DNA from: Rhynchobatus australiae
Taxonomy: Eukaryota
Direction of reading: 5' to 3'
NCBI GenBank assembly: GCA_034780895.1
Contig: JAUZTB010000063.1
Coordinates: 15,283,956-15,347,955 of the forward strand
DNA: 64,000 bases
The translations under genes were made by a program, and so were the position numbers. Position 1 is the stretch's first letter. Every line of letters starts with the position of its first letter. Below the pieces are notes generated by a model. It was given only the letters and a program-made list of their open reading frames with translations, made no database searches and was not told the DNA's origin. Positions 37,326 to 52,139 of the stretch are shown here, piece after piece.

Positions 37326-38744
37326 AAGTCTTCTGGTTGTGAAATGAGATGGTTAGCTGTGGGTGAAGTGGGTGCAGGAATAGAGATCATGGCAGAGCCA
37401 AATGCATCTTATCCTGGAAATCTTTTTCCATGAAATGAATCTGTTGTGAATGAATATCCAAGGGTAATCTGATAAATCTTCATTCTTCATTGTCAGTAAA
37501 ATGTTATGGGTTACAAAGCAAGCAGAACAAACCACTGAGCCCACATTTAATGTGTGTCACCAGGTAATGCCGGACCCTGCCACGTTTCAACAGGGTGCTA
37601 TTTGTTCAGTCTGATTAGACTGTAAAATATTTAGGATGCATGGCATTTGCTCCCTTATAGGTCTTGCTAATTCTATTTACCATTTTCATCACCACTCAGC
37701 ACAAATCCTGTGCCTACTTTACTGAACTCTTGCCCCATGCCTGCTTTTGGCAGGGAATCTGTTCCTGCACTAAGGGAGACATTATATGAGTGTCACAGCA
37801 TCTGATGTTGGATGAGGTTGGTTGGGAGTCTATGCTTGGGTGGAGGGTATGGTAATAGGTTGCCTTCAACATCCAGTCAATGAAAGAACAAAACCATCTA
37901 TGCTTATCATTGGAGGGCAGAGTAAACAGAAGTAGAAATGGGGAAAAGGGTAAACCACGTTATTGCAAATGGCAAATCTTATGGGGACATCCTTTGGTGC
38001 CTGTTTGGGGGTGAAGAAAAATTACTATTAACAATCAGTTTGTACTACTGCAGAGGATATTCTTTGGAATTTGTCTCCACCACTCCCTGCGGCAGCCTGT
38101 CTGCTCTAGAGTGATGTGCAATCACTTTCATGTTTCAAATTCATATTTTTGGTTTTGCATTTTTTTAAAGGAATGGGCTGACCTCCTTCCCTGAAAATCC
38201 CAACAAAATAGAAACGTGTTCTTTATAGAATATGTACTGTTTAAAAATTGCATAATCCTTGACTGTAGGCTAAAATGTATCTTGAATCATAACCACAATA
38301 CATCACAGTGAACTCCTCAAGCTCTTCTCTTTATAAGAGAATGAGCTTAAAAACATTGACGTCAGCATTTGTTCATCCAATAAGGAATGATCAATGTGGA
38401 ATGGATCTGTAGAAATAGTTGTTAGTGAAGGAAAAAACAAAATCATTTTGCAGATAGCTAATCCAGTGTGCAGAATGCAATTCCTTTCTGCATGGATGAA
38501 TCTTATGGCATTTTAAATCTGTTCTTAACATCCTTTTCATGAAGAGGATGCCCTTTTTGGTTAATTTGTTTCCTGTTCCTTGCTTGCAATTCCTAAGTGT
38601 TGCTGAGCTATAATTCATAAATAATGGTGATACTCTGCTTAAANNNNNNNNNNNNNNNNNNNNNNNNNNNNNNNNNNNNNNNNNNNNNNNNNNNNNNNNN
38701 NNNNNNNNNNNNNNNNNNNNNNNNNNNNNNNNNNNNNNNNNNNA

Positions 38745-39135
38745 AAGAAGAAAGATTTTGATTTGTAAGTCATCTTTTACAATTTACAGACATACCAAGG
38801 TAGTTAACACCTACTTAAGTATTTCTGTGGTGCGTTTACTGTTATAATGTAGGAAACACAGCAGCCAATTCATATAGAGTAAGATCCTACTTATTGCAGT
38901 GTGACGATGATCAAATAATTATTTTATGGATCTTGACTGAGGGATACATATTGACTATGACACCAGACATAACTCTCTAATGCCAGTAAATTTTTACATC
39001 CACCTTCAGACTGGGCTTTAGTTTAATATTTCATCTGAAAGACTGCACTTCTCAGTGTTCCACTAGAATGTTAGCATAGATTTTCATACATCACTGGATT
39101 CGAACTTAGACCCATAGCCCTCTGATTTATATGAA
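38745..39135 (-). mobile_element. DeuSINE/SacSINE1-like element
   Basis: actgttataatgtaggaaacacagcagccaatt...aagatcctac...gagggatacatattg...ttttacatccacc...gtttaatatttcatctgaaagac. Confidence 0.7.
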
Positions 39136-40692
39136 CTATGGCTTTATCAGGCTACAGAATGAAGTTGGGCAGCATCACTGACAACAGCGCATCCCGTCCC
39201 GATGAGCTTAATGCATTCTATGCACATTTTGAACAAAACGGGATTGGAACGTCACCATCCACCCTCCAATGTATCTGAACCCACAGTCACCATTGCAGAA
39301 GTAAGATCGCTGTTCCAGAGAGTAAACACGTGGAAAGCATCTACTCTGGATGGTGTCCCTGGCGGTGTCCTTAGTTCCTGTTCAAATCAACTGGTAGGGG
39401 TATATGCAGACATTTTTAACCTCTCTCTGCTTCCGTCTGAGGCTCCCCCCTGCTTTAAGAAGACCACTATCATCCCAGTACCTAAGAAAAACAATGTAAC
39501 ATAGCTCTGCCATCCACCATCATGAAGTGTTTCGAGAGGCTGGTCATGGCACGCATTAACTCTAACCTCCTGGACAACCTGGACCCACTGCAATATGTCT
39601 ACTGCCGAAACAGGTCTATGGCAGACACCATCTCCCTGGCCCTATACTTATCTCTGGAGCATCTGGACAGCAAAGAGACCTATGTTAGGCTATTGTTTAT
39701 TGACTACAGCTCCGCCTTCAATACAATAATTCCAAGCAAACTCATCTCCAAACTCTTAAACCTGGGACTCAACACCTCACTTTGCAACTGGAAACTTGAC
39801 TTCCTGACCAACAGACTGCAATTAGTAAGGGGAGGCAGCAACACCTCTGCCACAATTATCCTCAACTCCAGTGCCCCACAAGGCTGCATCCTCAGCTCTC
39901 TACTCCACTTCCTATACACTCATGACTGCGTGGCAAGATTCTGCTCTAACTCCCATCTACAAGTTTGCAGATGATACCACCATAGTGGGCCATATCTCAA
40001 ATAACGATGAGTCGGAGTATAGGAAGAAGATAGAGAGCTTAGTGACATGGTGTCATTGACAATAACCTTTCCTTCAATGTCAGCAAGACAAAGGTGCTGG
40101 TCATTGACTTCAGGAAGGGGGGTAGTGCACTTGCTCCTGTCTACATCAACAGTGCTGAGACTGAGAGAGTTGAGAGCTTCAAGTTCCTTGGAGTGAACAT
40201 CACCAGTAGCCTGTCCAGGTCCAACCATGTTGACACCATGGCAACGAAAGCTCACCAGCACCTCTACTTCCTCCGGAGGCTAAAGAAATTTGGCATGTCC
40301 CCTTTGACCTTTACCAATTTTTATTGATGCATCCTCTCCTGATGCATCATGGCTGATATGGCAACTGCTCTGCCCATAACCACAAGAAATTGCAAAGTGT
40401 TATGGACACAGCTCAAGGACAACTTCTATCCCACTGTTATAAGACTATTGATAGTTCTCTCATATAATAAGATGGACTCTTGACCTCAGAATTTCCCTCA
40501 TTATGATCCTTGCACCTTATTGTCTACCTGCACTACTCTTTCTCTGTAAATGTAACACTTTATTCTGCATTCTGTTATTGTTTAACCTTGTACTACCTCA
40601 ATGCACTGTTGTAATGAATTGATCTGTATGATCAATATGCAAGACAAGTTTTTCACTGTACTTTGGTAAGTACAGTAAACCAATTTACCAAT
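39135..40692 (+). mobile_element. Rex1/Babar LINE, 5'-truncated, disrupted RT
   Basis: [83 protein letters not shown]. Confidence 0.93.
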
Positions 40693-40929
40693 CCATGTGC
40701 CAAATGAGTCTGTGCAAGGCTGTCCACCAAGCACCTACAGGCTGTGAAGAGTGGCACCACTATGTTTAATCCTGCCCTCACACTCCTGTATTCCAGTATC
40801 ATGACCTCTTTACTACCTAATTCTCCACACCATTTTTCTTCTAGCCTCAGATGCCAAAACAATTACCGTACTCTTCTTGTTACCCTAAATGAGATCAACT
40901 AACTCAGCAAAGATGAGAAACCAAACCTG

Positions 40930-43900
40930 GAGAGAACAGAAATTACAGCAGAGGGAATCAGCCCATTTGGCCTGTGCCTTTATTTATGCTAGTGTATGAA
41001 AGAGGAGTAGATGTAAGCCATACAGACCCTTGAGCCTGTTGCACTATTCAATATATGGCTGCTTTGATCTTGGCCTCAATTTCACTTTCCTCCCAATCCC
41101 TATAATCCTCGATTTCCCCTATGGTCCAGAAATCTGGCTTTCTCAGCTTTAAATACTTTCAGTGATTCAGCCTCACAGCCCTCTGGAGTGAAGAATTCTA
41201 AAGATTCATAATCCTCTGAGAGAGAGAAAAAAAATCCTCATCACTGTGTTAAATAGGCGGCCTCTTGGTCTGAAGTGATGCCCCATGTTCTACATTTCCC
41301 CCATGAGGGGAAACGTACCCTCCAACATCTACCCTGCCATGTTCTCTAAACTCCATCTGAGGAATCAACATAGAGAACCTTCTCTGAACTGTTTCCAGTG
41401 CAACATATCTCTCCTTAAGCAGATCAAAACGGCACTGTAGTCCAGTTGTGATTTCGCCCAGAAAAGCTTCTATATTTTATACTCAATCACCCTTCAAATC
41501 TGTTTTCCTAAGTACTTGTANNNNNGCACTAACCTCCTCTGATTACCTCTGAAGAGACCCAGATCATTCTGTACAGCAGCATTCTATAGCCTTGTTCCAC
41601 TTAAACAATATTTTACTTTTTTTTTCCTTACAGTGGATAACCTCACTTTTTCCCACATTTGTACTCCATCTGCCAGCTCTTTGCCCAGCTACTGATCTGC
41701 ATCCCTTTGCAGACTTGGTGTCCTCCTTACAACTAGCTTTCCTACCTGTTTTTGTATTGTCAGCAGTTTGGGTTGGAGTGCACTCTGCCCCTTCATCCAA
41801 GTTATTGAAGTAAATTGCAAATAGTTAAGCCACAAACTGATCCCTGTGGGACTAGTTACAGTTTACCAGCTTGAAAATTAACTATGTGTTCCCATTCTAT
41901 TTTTTCTTAGTTAGCCATTCTCAATTCATACTAATAGATTACCCCAGCTTCCTTAATTCTGCTCTTGTGTGGTAACCTTTTATATGTGCTTTCCTGAATG
42001 CCTACTGGGAATTCAAATACGCTACCACTGTTGGTTCCCCTTTATTCACCCTGCCAGTTACAGCTTCAAAGAATTCAAATAAATTTGTCAAATGCCATCT
42101 CCTTTTCATAAAACGATGTTCATGTTGCATAATTGTATGGTGATTTTCTAGACATCAAACTGCTACATTTTAATGATGGAATTTTACCAGTGACAGTTGG
42201 TGTTAGCCTAGAGTTTCCTGTTTTCTGCCTCCGTCATTTCTTGAAAAGGGGTTGTTACATTTATGATTTTCCAATTTGCTTGGATCTTTCCAGAATCTGA
42301 GGGAAATTTCGAAGATCACAATCAATGCATACAATACCTCTGCAGCCACTTCTCTGAAAACCCTTATATGCAGTTTGAGAAATTTTTTGGCCTTTGGTCT
42401 CATAAGTTTGCTTAATACTACTTCTCCTGTTGATAATAGTTATTTTAAGATATATCCTCTCTTTTGCTCATTACCTTCTGCTTTATTGGAAAGCTTTTAA
42501 AGTATTCTTGCATGTAGCCAAATAGAAAACATTTGTTCAAAGTCTCTGCTATTTCTTCCTGTTACTAATTTCAGTTTAATCCTTCAAGGAACCAACATTT
42601 ACTTGAGCTACTATTTTTCTTTATCAAAACTTCTAAAGATTCTTGCTGATTTTTTTTTGCTACTTAATTCTTATAATTCATTCTCCCTCTTTTTTTGACA
42701 TCTTGTGCAGTGTTCTAAAAATGTTCCCAACATTCTAATTTTCACACACTCTCAATTGTTACCAAACTTATCTACTTCAGTTAGCTATGGCTAGATCATA
42801 CCTCTGTCGTCTTTTCAATGGAATGTATATATGTTAAGAAGTATAAATTATTCCCTTAAATACCTGTCGATGCTTACCTCCTGTCTTTGAGTCTGTTTTC
42901 CCAAGCAACTTTAGCCAAGTTTGTTTTCATCCTTTGGTAGTCCTTTGCCATGAGTTAAGTTTAAGACATAAGCTTTGAACTCAAGTACTTCACTTTCAAA
43001 CAGAATGTGAAATTGTATTACGTTATGATCACTCTGCACTATGAGATCATTAATTCAGTTGCATTGCACATGACCAAATATAAAATAGCCAGTTCCTTAA
43101 TTGGTTCCACAGTGTATTGTTCTGAGAAATTGTCCTGAATGTGCTCCATGAAGCCAGTTGAAGACTACCAATGTCGTACAGTGCATCTACTGTTAGAAGG
43201 CCTATAGACTGCTCCATTTGGATCACCACCCAAACTGATTATGCATCTTGAACTTCTGAGCCAAATAGTTTTTTACAATGACACAAATGTCATCCTTTAT
43301 TAACACAGCTACCCACCTTCTTTTCCTTTACACCTAACTATCCGAAATTTCAGTTACCCCTAAATTCTTTCAACTCCTCTTTCTCGCTAGACCTGTTGAC
43401 TATTTCCAAATGGTTTTATGTATCTTTGTCTGGCAAGATAGACACATAACATTTGTTTAAATTTTCTACCTTTTCCTTATTCCCTGATATAAATTCTCTT
43501 GTCTCAGTCCATAAAGGATCTCATTAATCTTTGCTAATCTTTTCCTTTTTACACACCTCTGGAAGCTTTTACAGTCTGTTTTCATGTTTCTCACTAGATT
43601 ATTATATTCTGCTTTCCTTCATAAATGTCTTCCTTTGCTGAATTCTGAATGTTTCCAATCCTCAGGCTTACCGTTCTTGTTAACATTATAAGCCTTTTCC
43701 TTTGATCTAATATTATCTTTAACTTCTTGTGCCTTAAAGGGATATATATTTGTTGCAAACCACGTATTAATGCTTTAAATGTTATTAGCCATTGCTTGTT
43801 TCAATGTAGTTTCCCACTCTACCATAACCAACTTGTACTTCATATCTTCATAGTTTGCATTGTCTAGATTTCAGGCCCTATTTTCAGATTGAACTAAGTC

Positions 43901-45150
43901 ACTTTAACATTTAATAGGAGGTTCCATTCATCTTAATGGTCCTTTAACTGCAAGGTTACTTATTAACCATTTACCATTGCACAATATTAGATTTTAAAAT
44001 GTTTATTCCTAAGGTTTTTTTCTTTCAACATTTATTTATTTTTATGCCATCCGTTCCAACATCTTGTTACAAATGCTGTGTGCTTTCAGATAAAGAGGCT
44101 TTAATTTCATCTGTAATCATTTTTCCTTACTTTGGCTACAATTTCAAGTACACCTGGTCTCTTGGTCTCTTCTTGTCCCTGAATTTTTGCCTTGTCCTTT
44201 CTCTGACATTCTAAATTTCCCCTCACCTGAACCCTTGCTTTACTGCCCACCTAAGGCCACCTACCACCTCTTATTTATTTTAAAGCCCTATGCACATCCC
44301 TAGTTATTTTATTTTCAGGACACTGGTCCTAACTGAATTCAAGCGAAGCTTATCCCAAAAGAACAGCTCTCTTCCCCAGCACTGTTGCTCTATAAGTTGA
44401 ACTCCTTTGCTTCCGCACCATTCAATGCTCTGATCTTATTGACCCTCTGCCAATTTGCATGTGGTTCGGGCAGTAATCCAGAGATCATCATCTTTATGGT
44501 TATGCTTCTTGATTTAGACTCTAGCTGCTTATACTTCCTCAGCAGAANNNNNNNNNNNNNNNNNNNNNNNNNNNNNNNNNNNNNNNGACCACAGCTGGAT
44601 CTTGCTCCTCCTGAGTCTAGTTTTTCTTCATTCCAATGAATATGTCCTTAAGAATGGCACTGGGCAGGAAACACAGCCTCAGGACTCGTCTGTGGGGCTG
44701 CACAGAACAGTGTCTATTCCCACTCACTACCTTGTCCCCTACCGCACCATAATTCTCCCAGTTTGCATGCTTGCTCTGTACCATGGTTTTCAGTCAAGTT
44801 GTTCAAACTCTTTGGAGGCTTTACTCTTGTCCAAGGCTCTTGTGGCTTTTATAGATAAATGCAAGGACTAAAGCTCCATCAGAATCCCCACACCTGTCTA
44901 ATTTGTATTCTCACTCTCCTGTCCCTGACCACTAAGCAAATCCACATTACTTAACCCATAGGGGTGTGATAGCTTCCTGGAAGAAATTGTCTAGGTAACT
45001 TCATCTTCCCCTGATGCACAGAATTGTCCAAAGCTCTGACTCCAGTTCATCAACTCTGAGCTGAAGTTCCTTAAATTGCAGGTATTTACTTCAAATGTGG
45101 TTACCGGTAGCATCCACCTGCTACAGCCATAAATCGTTACCTGTCTTGCC
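40930..45150 (-). mobile_element. Long decayed CR1 block (probably composite) reaching ORF1
   Basis: 3' tail at about 41000; RT remnants 41560-42400; ORF1 zinc-finger/leucine-zipper remnant HI*SKYLQFKELQLRVDELESELWTILCIR at about 45010-45100. Confidence 0.8.
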
Positions 45151-45377
45151 ATGTCTTTCATAATTTATTGATTTGAGTTGTAATTAAGGCTTTCAATTTG
45201 CTCTTTATAACTGTAGTCTGGTCAATAATCTGGTTTTAAGGAACCAATTTAGGTTATGCTTTTTACTCTGGGTTGTCATTCAGATAAATGAACTTAGAAA
45301 ATATAAATAACAACTAAAAAAATTACTATTCAGTTATTTCTCTATCCTCTGTGATTCCATATTTTGATTTTTTTCAA

Positions 45378-45450
45378 ATAAAACATAAAATATTAGAATG
45401 CTCAGCAGATCAGCTGCAATCTGTAGAGAGAGTTAGTATTTAAGATCAAT
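45378..45450. mobile_element. Single arm of the Penelope-derived repeat
   Basis: aaataaaacataaaatattagaatgctcagcagatcagctgcaatctgtagagagagtta. Confidence 0.5.
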
Positions 45451-46429
45451 AAGTTTCTACTTCCCCTGCTCTTCTAACTCTTGATTTAGATTGCCACTGC
45501 AACCATTTTATTTATTAATTCAAGCCTGATCTTTGAAAAGTGCTCATACTACACCTCTTTTCCCCCATTTACCTTATTCCTACTCTACACCATATTCAAA
45601 TCTCTGCTATACTCTCTCTCCCACCCACTTTCATCCACTCATCAATGTATTTCTTTTTTGCTCTTGCAGTTTAGATTTGCTTCAAGTGTTTATGTTTCAG
45701 TCAATCCATGTATCAACAAGTTCCTCATTCTTACCACTGGGAGTAAAAGTATAGACAAAGTGAGCCATTGTACACAATGAGTGGGCATTACCTCATTGAG
45801 CCCTAGGAAGACCTGATGACGATTGGTGTACAAACAGGAGTTATGTTAATAGCACACTGCTTGTTCTCAGCAAGCCTGGAGTCCTCTAGGGTGTGTTTGC
45901 AGCATTTCATGTTGCATAGCAGATCACTGCATAGAATTCTGATTTATAAATTTTGATCAAAGCAACTATGAATGTTGGAATAATTAGCACACTATGCCTC
46001 TTTCTGATACTACCTTCAGAGCTTGATCTTTACTGTGAGAAGAGTCTGCTATTCCAAAAGTAGTCTTTTAGCTCCATGTAAAGAGACCGTTTCAAAAGAC
46101 TGCAATGAATCTTCCACACAGTAATTAATGAGAAACCTAGCTCAAGGATCCACAGTGAATACAGCACAACTACTGAGAAGATACAATAACAGTTTTACAA
46201 AATAGCAACTTTAATTTGGTATAATAAAATTCCCAAGGGAAGTGAATAAATACATAATACCACTGCTGGATCTGAAATGTTGGTAAATAACTGGAGGAAT
46301 AGGGTTGAAGAAAAAGATGTAGTTTTGAGTCCAAGTTAACTATTTGATTTCAGTATTGAGGATAACCTGCTTACCAATGCCCAGTTTGGGTTTTACCTGG
46401 ACTGCAAGAGCTGAGTTCTGCAGCTGAGG

Positions 46430-47410
46430 CAAGAGTAACTACCTGGCAGCATTTGATCAAGTGTGGCATCAAGGAAGCTGATACAACAAAAGTGTATAGG
46501 CATCAAGGAGATAATATTTCTTGTCATCTCTCACATATAGGAAGGTGATTGTGGTTGTTAAGGGTCAAGTTATCCCAGCCCCAGGGCACCACAGCAAGAG
46601 GTCTTCAGGGTAGTGTCCTAAACATGGTCTTCAGCTACTACATCAGTCACTTAACTTCCATCATAAGGTCAAAAGTGGGGATATTTGCTGGTGATTGAAT
46701 ATTGTTCAACCCCATGCAGCAAGACCTAGATGATGTTCAGGGCTGATAAATGCAAGTAACATTTGTGTCACAAAAGATAATTGGACCTTCTCCACAAAGA
46801 GGGAGTCTAACACCTAGTCTTGATGTTCAATGGCATAACCATTGACAACCCCCCACCATCGCATGCTGGGGAGAAGGACAGGGGGAAGAGTCACTATTGA
46901 CCAAAAACTCAACTACGTCAGCAACATAAACACTGTCGATACAAGAGCAGGCTGAGGCTGGCTTATACTGCAGCCTCCTTATACCACACAATCTTTTCAC
47001 CAGATGAAAGTCAAGAGTGTGATGGAATAATTGTACCCCATCCATCAATCTAAGCATTCATTCACTCCACCACCAGTGCATAGTGGTCGCAGCGCATACT
47101 ACATAGAATACACACTGCAATTAATTGCCTGGGCTGCTTCAACAGCTCCACCATACCCATGACCTCTATCACAAAGAAGGACGAGGCACCACCACCTGTG
47201 TGTTTCCTTCCAAATCGCAAACAGCTTGATTGGAAACACGTCACTGCTCTTTTGTTGAAGCTGGTCTAATCCTGGAGCTCCCTACTTGGCAGCACTGTGG
47301 GAATACTTTCACTGGTGGCAGCTCATCACCAACTTCTCAAGAGCATTTAGGAATGGGCAATAAATTGTGGCCTCACCGGGAGTGCCCATGTCCCAAAAAA
47401 TGAATCAAGA
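46430..47410 (+). mobile_element. CR1/L2-group LINE 3' portion, distinct from the HER1-like family
   Basis: AAFDQVWHQG, LQGSVL, GIFAGD, MQQDLDDVQ; tail gggcaataaattgtggcc...tgcccatgtcccaaaaaatgaat. Confidence 0.75.
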
Positions 47411-47699
47411 AGGAAGACCAGTTAGAATTGTTTGCAATTCAGCAAGTGAACTCTTTAATATGTCTGTAATAGAATTGTTTCAGACTATATTTTCAAAATT
47501 GTTAAATGTTTCAGCACTGTATGGGAACAATTATTGTAATTATTTGTTCAGTGTACAACCTTAGCTTTTTTTTTCACACTCTTTGGGGGCACACTGCAAG
47601 TTCCTAACCTCTAAAGCCACAGTGAGGTTGATGTTAAGTGTAAGCCTCTGCATGGAGAGCATTCTTAAGCTAATTTACATTCTCTAACCAATTTAGGGC

Positions 47700-48310
47700 A
47701 ATGCACATGCATTGAGGCATTTTCACGCAAATTTTCTTGGTTGCGCTATGATTTAACCAGAATATCACAGTGAAAATAGAAGGGTCAAATGGATTTAGTG
47801 TACTAACCCAGGAAAGAAAATAATGGGCATAGAAGATGGGTCCCAAATGACGTTGAAGTAACTTCATCACAACAATGTTTAATGGCAATGAGACTGCTAA
47901 ATCAGATATTGGGATGCATTAAGTGGTCAGTATTGAGCTATAATTGAGAGTTAATCTCTCTCTTTGTAAATCATTGAAGTAGCCTCGCTTACAATACTAC
48001 GTACAGTTCAGGTTGCCTTATACAGAAAGGATATAGAACGGAGAAACCAGAATGATCTGAGGAAATGAGGATAGACTATAGGAGTAGTAATGTAAACAGG
48101 ACACATCTCACTAGTAAAGAGTACATTGTTTATGTGTGACTTGTGTTTTCAGGATTCTAAAATGACTAGATAATGGAGGCTATGACAAGATGTCTCACCT
48201 TGTCCACAACAATAAAAATAGAGGACATGGCCTATGTTTTACAGGACAAAGCTAATGTATGGAAATATTTTGCAGTTATAAAGCAGCAAAACTATCAGCA
48301 TTCAATATTA
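47700..48310 (+). mobile_element. Very old CR1 remnant
   Basis: Decayed LQYYVQFRLPYTERI and aatagaggacatggcctat motifs. Confidence 0.45.
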
Positions 48311-49129
48311 TGCCATGGAACTGGCTGAACATATAATTTAACAGGGAAATCCTAAAGTTGCAGTAATTGATACAGTGCTTCTCTGCAGGCTGCCCTGTTT
48401 TAAACCTTTCTCTATTGGAATCAAAAATCAGTGAATTAAATGAAAATTCCAAGTATTAACTGATCTCATTGTAAAATAGTCTGGAAAATCGTACACCTTG
48501 AGGCATGGGTGAAATAAGCTTTTAATAGCATTCTGTGCCAGCAAACTCTTTGGTCCTAAAAAAAATAATTTTAGACATGTGGATTGCAATTTTCTCAAAT
48601 AAATGTTCAAAATATAATGCTTATTAAATTAAAATATTGTTAACATGTTGTTTCANNNNNNNNNNNNNNNNNNNNAAGAGATTCCAATCTTTATTTTATG
48701 GTCTTTAAACTATTTAAAATATTAGCAATATTTTTTGCTGTACAAATGTCTAAGAATTTTTCACTGTGATTGGCTGCTCACCCTACACTTCCTTTATTTT
48801 CTCACCTCCTCTCTCATAGGTCCCTCACAGGATTGCAATTTCACATGTGACAGCAACACTGATATTCAGTTCAGCGTACTGTGCATTGTTAGGCTGGCTC
48901 TGCCATCTCATGTGATCCATACATGCATTTTTCAGTTTATGGATGACAACTGAAGAATACTTGCCCACTTTGCTCTGTTCCCCCAATTTCCCATTCTTGT
49001 TTAGAACATCAAGGTTGATTTCACCAGCCTGAACCCTCTTCTCCGGTCTCTTTTCTTTGGTGGCAGATTCTGCCCCAGGTGGGGCAGGAGAAGCTTGACA
49101 CTGAGGGTGGATGGGTAGCTTAGAAGATT

Positions 49130-50220
49130 ATCCCTTTCTTCTACTCTTTACTCTGAGTATCTGCGTGCCCCCCCAAGAATGCACTAGAGATGTTCAATCC
49201 CATCCTTTAAGTCTCTTCATTTTGTGCAGTCATGGTCCAAGGATTCCCATGAGCTGGTGGTGATGTTCACACGTTTGCAATGATTCTTTGAGAATGTGCT
49301 TGAATCGTTTCCTTTGTCAATCTGGTAATGTCATGCTATGACAGATCTTNNNNNNNNNNCAGATTAAGAGTCTAGTACTGGGCATGTGATGTAGCCTGCC
49401 CATTGAAGCTGGCTGAGTGTAATTAGGGCTGAAGTTGGGGGGGGGTTGTTTATCCTTCCAGTGAATTTGAAGTGTTTTTCCGAGACAGCATTGGTGGTTC
49501 CTCTTTACTACTTTATGCTGCCTGCTCCAGAAGGTCCGTTGTCTCAGAAACATGCAGGAGGGCAGAGATCATAGCTGCCCAGTAGACCCTGAGTTTTCAA
49601 TGTACTGGGTTGGAGATCTTGATCTTCAAACACAATTTTGCTCAAATGGTTAAAGACTATGCTGGCACTCTGAAGGCAGTGGTGAATTTTATCACTGATG
49701 TCTACCAATTTTGAGAGAAGTTCCCAAAATTGTACAGTGGTCTGCCTTTTCCAGTGTCTTATTGCCAATGGGGGAGGGAGTGGAGATGTTTGCAGTGTTG
49801 TACAGCAGAGGCAGGTTAATAGAGGACTTGTCTTTCTTGGACATTGACTGTAAGGCCCATTCTCTCGTGTTTCAGTGAACAAATTGCTCAGCCTCTGAAT
49901 GTGCTCATACATAAGCATCATCTGCAGCTTAATAATTGAAGTTGAGGTGAACTTGGTTTTGGAGCGGAGGCAATGTGGGTTGTCATGTAAATTAGCTCCA
50001 CCCTTGTGGAAAGCTGGTTGAAGGTGAGGAGTAGTATTGCAGTGAGGAAGGATGAGAAATGTGTTGGGACAATGACTCAGACGACACTGATCTGCAGAGA
50101 TTTGGTCTGTTGTGGGCTGTGCTCACAGTGCTCAAGATACTCACAATTGTGAACATGAGTTTTGCACACCTGCAGGAAGTTTTTTATATTTGCCAGTTCA
50201 CCATAGTATTCCATTGTCAC
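49130..50220 (-). mobile_element. RTE-clade LINE RT/C-terminal fragment
   Basis: Minus-strand KIHHCLQSASIVFNHLSKIVFEDQDLQPST and HQCCLGKTLQIHWKDK. Confidence 0.8.
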
Positions 50221-50259
50221 CCCCCCCCTGTCAACTTTATGATCTTTTGTTGATTTTGA

Positions 50260-51320
50260 AATTCCTATAGCCGTTTTCTTTTTGCTCTCCTTGGCAACAT
50301 TATCTCTTTCTTAATTTCTTAATTTAATAATATTTTTAACCTCTTTAGTTAGTCACAGCTGGATTATATTTCTCTTGGAGTTTTTATACCAAATAGAATG
50401 GAATGCTCATTGAGAGTTACAAAATATAGCTTTTAAATATTTGCTTATCTACTATTTTACCTTTTAATCTGATTCCCCCATCTACCCCAGCCAATTTCCC
50501 CTTATACCTATATAACTGTTTTTATTTAATTTTAAGGCTCTAGTTTCTGACTTTAATACATCACTATCAACCTCAATGCAAAATTCTATTATACTGTCAT
50601 CATTCTTCCCCAGAGGATTCCTCACCAAGAGATTACTAGCTCACACAAAACAGGATCTAAAATATCCTGTCTCTTTTGTTGGCTTTATAATGTAATTTTC
50701 TATGCTATCTTTTTCCCATTATTTTAAATCTCTGTCCCCTAGTCTTTGAGCTATCCACTAATGTAAACAGCTTCTCTCTACCCTATCTGAACTTGGCACA
50801 ATCTTGAGCACCTCTGTCAAATAATCTCTCAAACTTTGCTCTAAGAAGAATAACCCTAGCTTCTCCCATCAAATCTTACAGCTGAAATCTTGAACAATTC
50901 TAATAAATCATTGCGCATTCTTTCCTACTTTCCTTCTTTATCCCTGATAGTTATTTCTAGAAGATTCTCTCCACCACTGAAGTTAAACTGATCAGCCTGC
51001 AGTTGTTGGCCATATTCTTAAGCCTTTTTTTGAACACGGGTGTCACATGTGCCATTTTCTAATTTTCCAGAACCTCTCCTGTACCTAAGAAGGAATGATA
51101 GATTTTGGAAAGCTCTTCCATAACCCATTTCCTTCAACAACCTGGGATGCATCCCTTCCAAGCCAAGTGACATTTACTTTAAGTACAGCCAACATTCCCA
51201 ATGCTTCTTCCTTTACTACCACCTCCCCTTCCATAGTATCTATACGTAGATCACTTTCTCAGTTCTTAAACAGACTTGACTCTTTTCTTACTACCCACGA
51301 TTTGCATTAATTCACAACAT
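50260..51320 (-). mobile_element. Decayed CR1 remnants
   Basis: Reverse-complement similarity to CR1 endonuclease-linker and RT N-terminal regions (ccaccactgaagttaaactgatcagcctgcagttg). Confidence 0.55.
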
Positions 51321-52139
51321 AGCTGTGGTTAAGATGCCTTTTTTCATGATTCTAATTCCTGATCTTCTGTACCCAAGATCCTTCCTCATGGAATGTCAGA
51401 TATCTAAAATATTTGATTTCCAATCTTGGTCACATTTCCTTATTTCAAACATAATCACTTTAACAAATACCAGCCTTTTAATTTTAGATTTTTTAATTTG
51501 TGCTCAAATGTTCAATCCAATTGCACATAAAAGAGCAAAAAAAGAGTGAAAAGGGTTATTGGCAAGATCTCCAGGATCAAATGAGCACCGAGCCAAAGAA
51601 TGAGAAGTTGAGGTAACCAAAATCTTAGTCAAAGATTGAATTTAACAGAGGAGAGGTAAGGTAGTTTAGCAAATGAATTACTGAATATTAGGATTTAGGC
51701 AGTTTAGGACACTGTGGCATGGTGGGGTGAAGAGAGGTTTTAATTTGCTCTTGGTATGGGGACAACATCAACAGAGGAGCATTTACAACCCTGGACCTGG
51801 TCAGGGAATGGGAATTGCAGTTGCATGCAGGCAAGATCAAGACAGTTTAGAAGACTCTTTTCTCTAGGAGACAGTAGTGTTGCAGTTTGGTTATTTTGCT
51901 AATTCCAGGCAGAAAATTGCCAGCTTTATCCTAAATCACTGACATCTGAACTGACCACACTGCCTACCAATTGGAGAGCCACAGAGTTTGATGCATTTAT
52001 TTTGCCGATGTTGTAACTCTGTTGAATGACATGGAAACACTCAAATGAATATATCCCACCACAAGGAACTTCCTTTCATTGCTTTGCATGTGTATTTCAG
52101 CCCAGGAATTTGCTGCACATGCAATTAACCTGAAACATT

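Noticed and set aside
37545-37570. Recursive splice site CAG|GTAATG in the long intron
   Set aside because: There is no real polypyrimidine tract upstream, so the motif is too weak.
39522-39974. 150-aa RT-like ORF
   Set aside because: It is a disrupted Rex1/Babar LINE fragment with stops and frameshifts around it.
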